Source: the human T2T-CHM13v2.0 reference genome, Homo sapiens. Taken from it: a stretch of DNA of 64,000 bases. The stretch lies in NCBI RefSeq assembly GCF_009914755.1, contig NC_060943.1. One strand, given 5' to 3'. The translations under genes were made by a program, and so were the position numbers. The notes beneath the pieces are model-generated. The model did no database searches and was not told where the DNA came from. It saw nothing but the letters and a program-made list of their open reading frames with translations. The first letter of the stretch is position 1. Every line of letters begins with the position of its first letter. Positions 15,600-28,901 of this stretch are shown here, piece by piece.

Positions 15600-18500
15600 T
15601 AGATATGGCTCCATTAGGATTTTATACCTGCATTGAACCTAAATATTATTGCCTTCGAGAATAGGATCTTTCTGATAACTGAGTTAGGGGGCAATTCAGC
15701 TCTGAATTTTAAATAAAGAATTTTAGACAATCACTGCAATTCTTTCCTGCTATGCAATGGGTTTTGTGGCCAATGGCCAAGTTTAACTCTATCGTTTTCC
15801 CTTCTGATTTAAGTATCTGATGTATATGTCACTTTCAAAAGCTTTCCACATTCCGTTTCAGAAGGACCTATCTACCACATGAGTTTGCTGATATAATTAG
15901 TGACCTTTGGTATCTACATGAAGGCTTTACCACATTTACTATATTAATAGGGGTTTCCTCTTGTATGAGTTTGCTATAACAAGAAAGATAAACATTAACT
16001 GGGAAGACTTTATCACAATCACATTCACTGTATCTATGAGATTTCTCTCGTAAACAAGATATTCAAAGAGTTTTGACTTTCAGATTTTAATTTTTACCTG
16101 CAATGAGGTGTGATTCTTCTTAGCTTTCCTGCATTCCCTCCATCTGTAGGGTCCTTCTCCTGAATGAATACCCTAATGTGTAACAAATATAATTTGAGAA
16201 TGATTTATCATTTTCATTACATCCACTGGTGCTGCCTACTAAATGGAAAGCTTCTAGTTTTCTAATAAACTTTTTTGACAATCACTGCACTCATAATTGA
16301 CTCTCTCTTTTTTTTTTTTTTTTTTTTTTTTGAGACAGAGTCTCACTCTGTCACCCAGGCTGGAGTACACTGGTGCAATCTCGGCTTACTGCAACCTCCA
16401 CCTCCTAGGTTCAAGAGATTCTCCTGCCTCAGCCTCCTGAGTAGTTAGGATTACAGGTGTGCACACCACACCTGGCTATTTGTTTTTTTTTTTTTTTGTA
16501 TTTTTAGTAGAGACAGGGTTTCATCATGTTGGCCAGGCTGGTCTCGAACTCCCAACCTCAAGTGATCTGCCTGCTTCAGCCTCCCAAAGTGCTGAGATAA
16601 CAGGCATGGGCCAATGCGCCTGGCCAATGATTCTTCTTGTGAGATCTCTACGGTAAACGAGGGATATCTTCAAAAAAGAAGGCTTAAAATATTCATTGCA
16701 TCTATAAGGTTTCTCTCCCACAAGAGTTCCAAAAGGGCCCATTACAATCATAGTATTCATGGAACTTCTATTGTGTCTGAGCTGATGTGACTAATCAAAA
16801 AAGCTCTCTCATATTCCAAGTCACTGCATGGACTTTCTTCCTTCCTGCTGGGGTTTCTGATGATTAGTAATAGCTGATTTCTGAGTAAAGCTTTTTGACA
16901 TTCACTGCATCTATAGGGCCTCTTTCCTGTGTGAGTTCTCTGGTGACCAATGAGAGTTTACAAAGTAGCGAATGCTTTCTTACAATCACTGCATTTATAT
17001 GGTTTCTCTCCTGTATGAATTCTCTAATGTACAGTGAGACAGGATTTAACTATGATGGCTTTATTACACATGCTACATTTGAGGAGTTTCTCACCTGTAT
17101 AGGTTCTCTGTTATATAATGAGAGTTGACTTACAGGACAAAACCTTCCCACATCCACTGTATCCATAAGATTTCATTCTTGCATGGCAAGTTTTTCGATG
17201 CTTACTGAGACCTGTCTTTTGGGTGAAAGCTTGTTGACCTTCATTGCATCATAGGGTCTCTCTCCTGTGTGAATTGGCTGATGAGTCATGAGATATACCT
17301 TACTGGAGAAGGCCCTATCACAGTCTGAGCATTCATATGATTTATTTCCTATATGAGTTCTCTGATATACAATGAGATTTCCCTTTGATGTGAAGGCTTT
17401 ATCACATACATTGCATTTGAAGGGTTTCTCACCTGTATGGGTTCTCTGATGTATAACAAAGTTTTTTTTGGAGGATAAAACCTTCCCACATTCACTGCAT
17501 TCATGGGATTTCCTTACTGCATGATGAGTTTTCTTATGATTGTTGAGATCCAACTTCCAGATGAAAGCTTCTTGACATTCACTGCATCCATAGGGTCTTT
17601 CTTCTGTATGAATTCACTGATGCTTCATAAGCTGAGCCTTTTTCAAGAAGGCTTTCTCATAATCCAAGCAAGCATATGGTTTCTCTCCTGTGTGAGTTCT
17701 CTGATGTATAGTTAGCTGTGTTCTAACCATGAAGGCTTTATGATAGACTTTGCACCTGAAAGGTCTCTCTCCTGAATGAGTTCTGAGATGCAAAATGAGG
17801 TTCGACTTCCAAGGAAAAGCTTTCCCACATTTACTGCATCCATAGAATTTTCCTTTTCTATGAAGAACTTTCTGAGGATAACTGAGCTCAGATCTGGTCT
17901 TCAAAGCTGTTTGACATTGAATGCATTAATAGGGTATCTCTCCTGTGTGAATTCACTGATGAATCATGAATAAAGCCTTTTTTGAGAAGGCTTTTTCACA
18001 ATCTGAGCAAGCATATGGTTTCTCTCCTGTGTGAGCTCTCTGATGTACAGTGAGATGTGTCCTAACCACAAAGCCTTTATCACATACTTTGCAAATGAAC
18101 GGTCTCTCTCCTGAATGATTTCTTTGACATAAAATGAGTTCTGACTTCCAAGGGAAAACTTCTCCACATTTGCTGCATGTACAGACTTTCCCTTCTCTAT
18201 GATGAGTTTTCTGATGATACACAAGCCCTGAATTTGTAATGAAGGCTTTTTGACATTGATTGCATCAGTAGGGTCTCACTCCTGTTTGAGTTTGCTGATG
18301 AGCAATGAGCTTTAACTCACTGGGAAGGGCTCTCCTAAAATCATGAGATTCCTGGGATTTGTTTCCTGCATGAGTTCTCTGAGGCATGGTCATGAGTAGT
18401 TTACAAGTATTCACTGCACATTCACTGCATCCATATGATTTCTTTCCAAAAAGAATTGGTTATAATTAGCAAGCTCTGACTTCTGGATGTTATGAAAGCT

Positions 18501-18900
18501 AGTGTACGCACAACAGAGTAAGTGAGATAACAAGAAGAGGTCCAGAAAAAGGCTTCTTTTCCCATTTACCATAAAAAGATATTAGTAAGATGGTTAAATT
18601 TGAGTAAGCTCTGTATTTTAAATAATAATACTATATCAATGTCAATATTCTGATTTTGATCACAGTATTCTGATTATGCAAAAGAATGCTCTTCTTCCTA
18701 TGAAATACACACTTGGGTTTTAGGGTAGAGTTCAGAAAAACCATATGTACCTGTGTGTGGTGTGTGTGTATAGATAAAATAAAGCAAATTGGTAAAATCA
18801 TATTTTGGGGAAATTTGCAAAAAGAATGTGCAAGAATTTTGTGTATCATTTTGGAACATCTCATTAAATCTAGACCATTTGGAGACAAGCATTTTCAAAA
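15600..18900 (-). pseudogene. Decayed C2H2 zinc-finger exon of a KRAB-ZNF pseudogene
   Basis: More than 15 C2H2/HTGEKPY repeats with in-frame stops (TGA 17614, TGA 17953, others), frameshifts and an Alu insertion. ORFs 17173-17553, 17614-17904 and 17953-18222 share one frame. Confidence 0.9.
16308..16625 (-). mobile_element. Alu inserted in the ZNF pseudogene
   Basis: Long T-tract plus reverse dimeric Alu. Confidence 0.95.
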
Positions 18901-20295
18901 GGAGAAAATAAAAATAAAGATATTGATGAAAACATACATAGGGACACTAAGTATAATGGCCTGAATGTAAAAGAGATAAACAGTGTAATATTCACCCAAT
19001 GCCATTCTGCACAGGACTCAGATTCTTGATCTAGGTGCTGGTTGCACAGTGTGCTGACTAGAAAGTTACCTAGCTGTATAATTACATTATATGTATGTTA
19101 TACCAAAACATTTTTCATTAATAAGTAAACAAAAACGTTTAGGCCGAAATCAGGGAATGCTCCCTTGTAGGAGGATCCTGAAAAGAATTTGGATCTTGTG
19201 CTAACAGTAACAGGATGCCATTACCAATGATAGTGGGAGCAGGATGACATGTCCTGATTTCCAATTTAAAAGCAACATCCTGTGTGTATGTTTATCAGTA
19301 ATTAACACTGACCATGTCTTAAATATTATGGCATGAATATTTTTAGGCTTGCACCCTGTGAATGAGTACAGATTTGCTACATCATATAGCATTTTTTAGA
19401 CCATAATTTAGATCTTTCCATCCTCCAACTAAGATTTACCTTTTTATATGAAGCTTTAATTACTTTCCGCAACACTTTTGTCAAAATCTGAAGTCTTTTA
19501 AGAACCAAGATGTTTCTGATGTTTATTTTAATGTTCAGGGATTTTGGAGGTGAGGGGCTAGAAACACTGACTCCTGCCCCTGACTCCCGCCCCTGACTCC
19601 CGCATTTATTTTCATAAATGAAAATAGTAAAATAAATTCATTAAGGGTATTATGTGGAGAATAGAAACAAGAGTAAAGGACTGAGAGTATATTAGAGAAA
19701 ACTATCATAATTTTGGCAAGAGATAATGGACATCGAAGCTTGAGTGAAAATAACTGTTAGAGAAAGGAGTAGAGGACCTCGAGATATAAGGAGAAAGTAA
19801 AGTCTAAACTTGCTAAATGGACTGGATTTGTGGGATGAGTGAAACGGTGAAGCAAGGATGACTTGAAGTTTGAGTTAGCTATTAGATCTCCAAGCAATTC
19901 CCAGGCAAATGTAGGAGGATAAGGAAATATCTAGCCTGTAGAGAGAAATCTGTGAGTCATCAACATATAAATAGCATTGTTAAGTCCATGAAATCGAAGA
20001 GGTCACACTGGGAACAAAGAAAAGAAATTACCAATGATGAAGCACCCTTACGCCCTCCAACTCTGAAGGCTTTGGGAGAAGGAGATGCCCAGAGAATGGA
20101 AAAAGTCCATCCATCACGCTCAAACAATAAGTACCCAGAAAAGAGGCCAACTTAAGTCTTAGGAACCAACATCTGTGGGAAGCAAGATAAAATGAAGTCT
20201 TCTCAGCTCTTCACATAAATGTAAGTGCTGTCACTCTGTTTCAGATTCATTCTTCTTTAATTCTGCATGCAACAGTCAATGAACTTTCCCAAAGA

Positions 20296-20592
20296 TTTTT
20301 TTTTTCTTGAGACGGAGTTTCGCTCTTGTCACCCAGGCTGGAGTGCAATGGCGCAATCTCAGCTCACTGCAACCTTCGCCTCTAGGGTTCAAGTGATTCT
20401 CCAACCGCACCTCTGGAGTAGCTGGGATTACAGGGCACTCGCCACCATGCCCAGCTAATTTTTGTATTTTTAGTAGAGACAGGGTTTCGCCATGTTGGCC
20501 AGGCTGGTCTTGAACTTCTGACCTCAGGTGATCCACCCACCTCGGCCTCCCAAAGTGCTGGGATTACACACGTGAGCCACCATGCCCGCGCC
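20296..20592 (-). mobile_element. Alu (AluS-type)
   Basis: Reverse Alu, TSD ttcccaaagattt. Confidence 0.95.
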
Positions 20593-20968
20593 TTCCCAAA
20601 GATTTCTAACACCATATATACAGGAACACCACTGTGGTGAGCACTCCCACCTTCTAGGTTGCTTTGATACATTCTCATATGATTCACTCAGGTCTGTAGG
20701 AAATACAAAAATCAGGCCAAATATCCTTACCCCAGGATAAAAGGCAGTGCTGTGATGATGTGTCGATTGTGAGAATCTAAGTCAATATAAAGAGAGAAAA
20801 AGGCACATTTTCTTTGAAACGCCAAACAAAAGAGAGCCTCATCAATGATCTAGGTATCTGTAGTCACCTTCCAAGTCTTTGCCCTGTTAAACACATTTGG
20901 AAGGGGTCCAACCCTCATGGTCAGCTCCTTTACTTTCCAGGTCTCCCATCTTGTTGGTTCTCACTCAC

Positions 20969-21353
<385 letters not shown>

Positions 21354-21579
21354 CTGTTTATGGGAAATGACAAAGACTTGAACACTTATAATTGGGCTTG
21401 ATGGGAGGTGTCTATGAACAGCACAGAAATGTTTCTGGAACTGACACACTTTCAGCTCGGCAGATTCAACATCTACTATGACAGAGGCTGCAGTGAGCCA
21501 AGATTGCACCACTGCACTCCAACCTGGGTGACAGAGCAAGACCTGTCTCAAATAAAAATTAAAAATAAAAAAAAGTAAA

Positions 21580-21870
21580 ATAAATACATAAGGAACCACC
21601 CCCAGCTGACAGCCAGCAAAGAAACAAATCTCAGAATTAGTCTGCCAATACCCTGGATAAGCTTGGAAGTGGATTCTTCCCAGATTCTTCCAATAAGAGC
21701 CCTGTTGGCCCACACCTTGACTTCAGTCTTTGAAACCCAGATCAAAGAAACCAGTCAAGCCAATCCAGACTTCTGACCTAAAGAACTGTGAGACAATAAA
21801 TTTGTGTTGTTTCAAGCTGCTAAACGTTTGTGAGAATCTGTTTTGGCATCAACAGAAAATTAATACATTA
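21580..21870 (+). mobile_element. MaLR LTR (MLT1-type) 3' part
   Basis: gacttctgacctaaagaactgtgagacaataaatttgtgttgtttcaagctgctaa. Confidence 0.75.
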
Positions 21871-21895
21871 TTGACACCAGAAACATCAGAAACAG

Positions 21896-22165
21896 GCCAG
21901 TTGTGGTGGCTCATGCCTATAATTCCAGCACTTTGGGAGGCTGAGATGGGCAAATCACCTGAGGTCAGGAGTTTGAGACCAACCTGGCCAAAATGGTGAA
22001 ATCCCATCTCTACTAAAAATACAAAAATTAGCCAGGCGTGGTGACACACACCTTAATCCCAGCTACTCAGGAGGCTGGGGCAAGAGAATCACTGGAACCC
22101 AAGAGGCAGAGGTTGCAGTGAGCCATGATCGTGCCACTGAACCTGTGTGACAGAGTGAGATAAGA
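21896..22165 (+). mobile_element. Alu with purine-rich tail
   Basis: Dimeric Alu followed by GA-rich tract. Confidence 0.9.
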
Positions 22166-22688
22166 AGAAAGAAAGAGAGAGAGAGAGAAAAGGAAGAAGG
22201 AAAGAAAGAAGAAAGAAAAGAAAGAATCAGAAACAACTTAAGTACATCATACATTCTTACATATTTATTCACCTGTATTCACACTTAAGGCACTCTGTAT
22301 GAAGCTACATTTCCTCATTCCACCTTTACCTGAATCTTGATTTTATGGTTTCTGTTTAGTTTTCCTTAAATTTTTAAATTACAAATGTATGTATTTCCAT
22401 TTAATAGTTATTTGTCTTAAGCCTTGCAAAGTCATTGGAAAGAAAGGCAAAAGAAAGAAGCAAAACCTCACCGGGGCTTTTATCGTTTTTTTCTTCGGTT
22501 CTTAGGAAAAGGATATCATTTCTAAGGTATGATCTAGATATTGTCTTTTCTGATTCTGAACATCGGACAAAAGATCTCTTTTCAAGAGAAAAGAAGACAT
22601 GTCAGAGAGAGGCCCAGCTTTTAGAATTGTGACAATTACTCAATTTCCCTCCCTTAATGAAGGACAACTTTTTAAAAACACAAAGCTG

Positions 22689-23044
<356 letters not shown>

Positions 23045-23902
23045 TCAGAGGTCAGACTAATCAGCACCAATGAGGAATTTCTAGTCCTCTACCCCCACCC
23101 CTAAATACAGATACAGAAAAAGGCAATGAGAACCTGGAATGTCTTCTCCCTTGCATGGGATCAGAGCCAGGCAAGTTCTGGTGGGAGAGCTGACACTGGA
23201 TTTCTACTCTGAGGTCTGGCAGGTTCTAGTATTTACAGACCCAAGTTCTAAACTGGGAATCAAGACAAAGTGGATGGAATCTGTAAATCTGTGCACCAGC
23301 AGTTGTAGGTTTTTAAGTGTGTCAAATTTCTTTATACATAAATCATCTTCCCACTTGTAATAGAAGTTCTTTTTAAAAGTTGCTGACTTAGTCCTCAAAG
23401 CACTGCATTGTAGACACTGTTCTAGAAGCTTTCTGTTAACAGTGATGCAGTTGTTAATAGGCCAGTTCCGGACACTCCATAGGACACAGACACCTACACA
23501 CCTAAAAAAGTTTCATCTGGGGTGTAAAAGGAGAAAGTCAGCAGAGTAAGGTTAGGTAAGACCCATGCCCTGAGTCCCCTCCCCAGCCTCCAACATGGGA
23601 TCCATCTGGCCCATGAGAGCAGGAAGAACAAGGGCAAACATGTCCCACACAACAATGGGATTCTGTAGGACTGCTTCCCACCTCAGCCACACAGCAGGGC
23701 AGACTCACCAAGAACCGACTGGGTCTGACCCACCAAAGACTGCCCCAGCCAAAGCAGAACTGCCAGATGAGCTCAGAATTAATATGCCCAAGGCCAATTC
23801 CCTCATAATGTTGCCTACAGAAGCCCCAGCAAGCACCGGCTAAGGTTCTGACTACTACCGTCTTCAACTGCCTTGAACACCCAGATAGAATTCACTCATG
23901 TG

Positions 23903-24894
23903 TGTGGGGGAAAGAAAGATAGATCAGACTGCTACTGTGTCTATGTAGAAAAAGGAAGACATAAGAAACTCTATTTTGATCTGTACTAAGAGAAATTATT
24001 CTGCCTTGAGATGCTGTTAATCTGTAACCCTAGCCTCAACCCTGTGCTCGCAGAAACATGTGCTGTGTTGACTCAAGGTTTACTAGATTTAGGGCTGTGC
24101 AGGATGTGCTTTGTTAAAATGTGTTTGCAGGCAGTATGCTTGGTAAAAGTCATCACCATTCTCCAGTCTCGAGTACCCAGGGACACAATGCACTGCGGAA
24201 GGCCGCAGGGACCTCTGCCCAAGAAAGCCTGGGTATCGTCCAAGGTTTCTCCCCACTGAGACAGCCTGAGATATGGCCTCGTGGGAAGGGAAAGACCTGA
24301 CCGTCCCCAAGCCCGATACCCATAAAGGGTCTGTGCTGAGGAGGATTAGTGAAAGAGGAAGGCCTCTTTGCAGTTGAGATAAGAGGAAGGCATCTGTCTC
24401 TTGCTCGTCCCTGGGAATGGAATGTCTTGGTGTGAAACCCAATCGTACATTCTATTTGCTGAGATAGGAGAAAACCACCTTATGGCTGGATGTGAGACAT
24501 GCTGGCAGCGATACTGTTCTTTACTGCACTGAGATATTTGTGTAAAGTCAAACATAAATCTGGCCTATGTGCACATCGAGGCACAGCACCTTTCCTTAAA
24601 CTTATTTATGACACAGAGTCCTTCGCTCATGTTTCCTGCTGACCCTCTCCCCACCATTACCCTATAGTCCTGCCACATCCCCCTCTCCGAGATGGTAGAG
24701 ATAGTGATCAACAAATGCTGAGGGAACTCAGAGACCAGTGCCGGTGCGGGTCCTCCATATGCTGAGCACCGGTCCCCTGGGGCCACTGTTCTTTCTCTAC
24801 TTTGTCTCTGTGTCTTATTTCTTATTTCTTTTCTCAGTCTCTCGTCCCCCCTGACGAGAAACACCCACAGGTGTGGACGGGCTGGACCCCTTCA
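23903..24894 (+). mobile_element. HERV-K(HML-2) solo LTR (LTR5, A/B-type)
   Basis: TGTGGGG..aaagaaagatagatcagactg start, ...ggaccccttCA end, 992 bp, 5-bp TSD atgtg. Confidence 0.93.
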
Positions 24895-26295
24895 ATGTGG
24901 AGAAAAATGGCCAAAGGCAGATGTGTGCCAGAAACCCCTACAGGGGCTAAACAGTCAAGACACACCAGCCGCTAACTAGAATAAGTTGTTAGGCCTCCTA
25001 ACTGTACTTCCCATAAACCTCAACTGCCCAGCACAGGTGTCTCAAGCACTGCCCATGGCCAAACTACACTTCCTAGGAAGCTCAGCAGCCCTGTTCAAAA
25101 GCCTCAGTTCCCAGAGAAGGCAAAGAGGGGCTAAACACCGGGTAGACTACACTGCACAAATTCAGCTGAGCTTGCTTCTCCCTCTCAGGGAACCTGGTGC
25201 TGATTGCTGGTAATTGCCTCCTTCTGGTCCCTCCCTGGGAGGATTAACATCCTAGGGGCATTGGGTCCAGTGCGTAGACTGAGCTTCATCTGCCCCTTGT
25301 TCAGGTGGGGGGAACCCATCAGTAAATTATAGTTTTTATAATCCACTTGATTCATATGGGACATTTATAGCAGCTATTTCTAACATCCTTTTCTGCTATA
25401 AGTGTGCCACTTCTGGGTCTCTACTGAGTTTTCTTCATGTTATGGGGTTATATTTTCCTGCTTCTTTGCACACCTGGGTAAGTTTGTATTGGATGCCAGA
25501 CATGGTCAATTACTGACTGGTAGATTGCTTTCTATTTCTTTATTAGTCTCTGTTTGGAAAATTGCTAACTTACTTGGAAAGTATGGCCTTTTCATGGCTT
25601 GCATGTATGCTTTGTGAGGAGAGTTCGAGGCAGCCTTTACTGTAGAGCAAATCTGAGCCACCCACAGAGGCAATACTCCTTACTTAAGGTCCACTGTGAT
25701 TCTCCAAATGTTAGGAGGCGTTTCCACTCCAGCTGGTGGAAATGCTTGTGTGTAATCCAAGGATTTTTCTGCGTGTTCATTTCTTCCTGTTCTTCCTCCA
25801 GCCTAGGGGGGGTTTCTCACATACATATGCTGATTATGACTCAAAAGGCTTGTGGGGGAAACTCTACAGAACTCTCAATTCTTGAGTGCAGCTCTTCTCC
25901 AATAATCCAATTCATGAATTTGGGCCACCTTGAATTCCTCAAACCCTAAACTCTGTCTCAATTCAGAGAGATGGCTGGGATCTGCTTGGGTTTCTCCTCC
26001 CAATCCTGCAGACTGGAAACTTTCTCCAGGCACTAAGCTGGGGCAATCATAAGGCTCATCTCATTGTTTCCTTTCTGTCATGGAAAGCTGTCCTAAGCCC
26101 TTTACTTCTCAATGTCTGATGAAGTTCATTCATATATTTTGTGCATCTTTTTTAGATATTTAAGGCAGGAGATTATATACATTAGACATTTACTGTAAAA
26201 GAAAAAGGGACTGTTTGGGTTGGCTATGAAAAAGTTAGTCAATATCCAGGTGCATTATGTCATATGCATTCCGTACTCATAATGAAGTATGTTAG

Positions 26296-26611
<316 letters not shown>

Positions 26612-26819
26612 AGGTAGGTTAATTTATATAATTTCAGAATAGATACAAATTTACGTTTAGCAACATTTCAAGCACCATAAATCTCATGTTCTTTTTGGAC
26701 ATTTAGGAGTTATTTTCCAGTGCTGATGTGATTTTAACATTTCAAGAGCATCTATAATGCTCACATATAACAATCATAGCATAAGATTCTCTGATTATAG
26801 AATAAAATCTTAACATACT

Positions 26820-27190
26820 TGCCTCATAATAAGATAGGGAGATTATCCTGGCTTATCTGGGTTTTCACAGTGTAATCACAAGGGTCCTCAAACATGGAAG
26901 AGGGAGACAGAACACTCAAGTGTTTGAGTGATGTAAGACTGATTGGCCATTGCTGGTTTTGAAAGGAGGCCCCAAACCACAGAATTTGGGCAGCTTCTAG
27001 AAGCTGGAAGGGCAAAGAAAGACGCTCCCCTAGAGCCTCCAAAAAGAAAAGCAGCCCTGTCAACAGCTTGATGTAGCCCCGTGAGATGCATTTGGACTTC
27101 AGTCCTCCAGAACTGTAAGATAATGATTTTGTGTTGTTTTAAGCCATTAAATTTGTGTTAGTTTGGTGCAACACTCATAAAAAACTAACA
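26820..27190 (+). mobile_element. MaLR LTR (MLT1D-like)
   Basis: gagattatcctgg..., cagcttctagaagctggaag, ccagaactgtaagataat..gtgttgttttaagcca. Confidence 0.75.
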
Positions 27191-27726
27191 CAATTTTACT
27201 TCCATATTTGTTATATTCATAGGTTTTCATTACATAATACTATTCCTGGGGTTCAAGATTTCATTAAACACGTCCCTCCAAGACTCTCAAGACATAAAAG
27301 TATGATACATGAGTTAATTTGGTGAGTTGCCATCATTTCTTACTTTCAAGAGTTTTTCTTTTCTACAAATTCTCCCATATTTTACGAAAAATGTTTTCCA
27401 TATCCATTGCCTCTACAGTTGTCTATGTTTCTTTGGCACACGAGGCACAATTTAGCGCTAAAAGCACCATCACAATCTTTCATAAATATTCCTGTAAGAA
27501 TTCTTTTGATACCAATTGAGATATCATCTCCAGGTAAAGACTTCCTCATAACAGCTGCATTTCTACCCAACATGATTTCAATGGTGTTTAACAGGTTTGA
27601 CTTCTCACAGAAATGTCCTCCACAACCACTGCCTCCACAGTGTTTCAGCCCTAAATGAGCTCTCTGGGATATAATGGCTGGAGGATTCCTACTAAAGATT
27701 TTCCCACCTTTCTGGTATCAGAAGAT

Positions 27727-28901
27727 TTATTCTGATACAATATCTGTAAGATACAAGATATAATTTATTACTGATGGGGCCACATTCACTTCATTTGTGA
27801 GGCTTATTCTCTGTTCAAATTCCTGATTAACTACAAAGGCTTGATTTCTTGGAAAAGGTTGTTCCACAATCACTACATTTCTGCCCACTAGGCGCTCACT
27901 CTTGTTTAACAATGGCGGGGTTCCTGAGGAAGGCATTTCTATAGGTACTGTGTTCACAGTCTTTTGCTCTTGTATGAGTTCGCTCATGTATAAGGAGGTA
28001 TGACTCCTTGAGGAAGGTTTCTCCACCGTCAGTGAATTTATGGCTGTCTCTCTTATGTGAGTTTTCTCATGTTTAATGAGGACTGACATGTGGGCAAAGG
28101 CTTTGCCACATTCTCTGCATGAATATGGTCTCTCTCCAGTGTGAGTACGCTGATGCTGAATGAGCTTCGACTTGCTTCTAAAGGCTTTTTCACACTCACT
28201 ACATTCATAAGGTTTCTCTCCCGTATGAATCCTCTGATGTCTGGTCAGGTCTGACTTAAAATAGAAGGTTCTTCCACAATCACTGCATTTATAAGGCTTA
28301 TCTCCTGTGTGAAGTCTCTGGTGTGCAGTGAGGTATGCCTTCTGAGAAAAGGCTTTCCCACACACACTGCACCCATAGAGTTTCTCTCCAGTATGTGATC
28401 GCTGATGTCTATTGAGCCGGCACTTCCGGCTGAAGGCTTTTCCGCATTTGCTGCATCTGTAGGGTTTCTCTCCTGTATGGGTTCTCTGATGGACCATGAG
28501 CTGTGACTTTCTGGAGAAGGCTTTTCCACATTCACTACATTCATGGGGCTTCTCTCCTGTGTGAGTTCTCTGATGCTCAGTGAGCTGAATCTTCCTCATG
28601 AATGTTTTCCCACATTCACCACATCCATGGGGTTTCTCTCCTCTTTCAGTTCTCTGATGTTGAATAAGCTGTGCTTTCCTGGAGAAGGCTCTCCCGCACA
28701 CACTGCATTCATGTGGTTTCCCTCCTGCACAAATTTTTTGTAGGTCATTGAGCTGTGATTTAGGGCTGCTGGGTTTAACACATCTATGGTATTTAACTCC
28801 AGTAAGAGTTTTGTCACGCTTGATATGGAGGCATGATCTCCCATATCCACCAAATGCATCAGAATCTTTTCCTGCATATCTTCTACTCTGGATTACAAAA
28901 C
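27727..28901 (-). CDS. ZNF577: ZNF577 final coding exon: linker, 1 degenerate and 7 intact C2H2 fingers, C-terminal tail
   Basis: Acceptor ctcatttag/GTTTTG, phase 1, ORF GFVIQSRR...LTDIVSE*. Joined CDS 60+127+96+1175=1458 nt (485 aa), matching the ZNF577 protein as I recall it. Confidence 0.93.

Noticed and set aside
17173-18222. A functional third ZNF gene
   Set aside because: Multiple in-frame stops, lost Cys/His ligands, Alu insertions, broken KRAB-B and no visible KRAB-A.
24011-24864. ORFs inside LTR5 copies (also 60995-61944)
   Set aside because: Incidental LTR reading frames, not retroviral genes.
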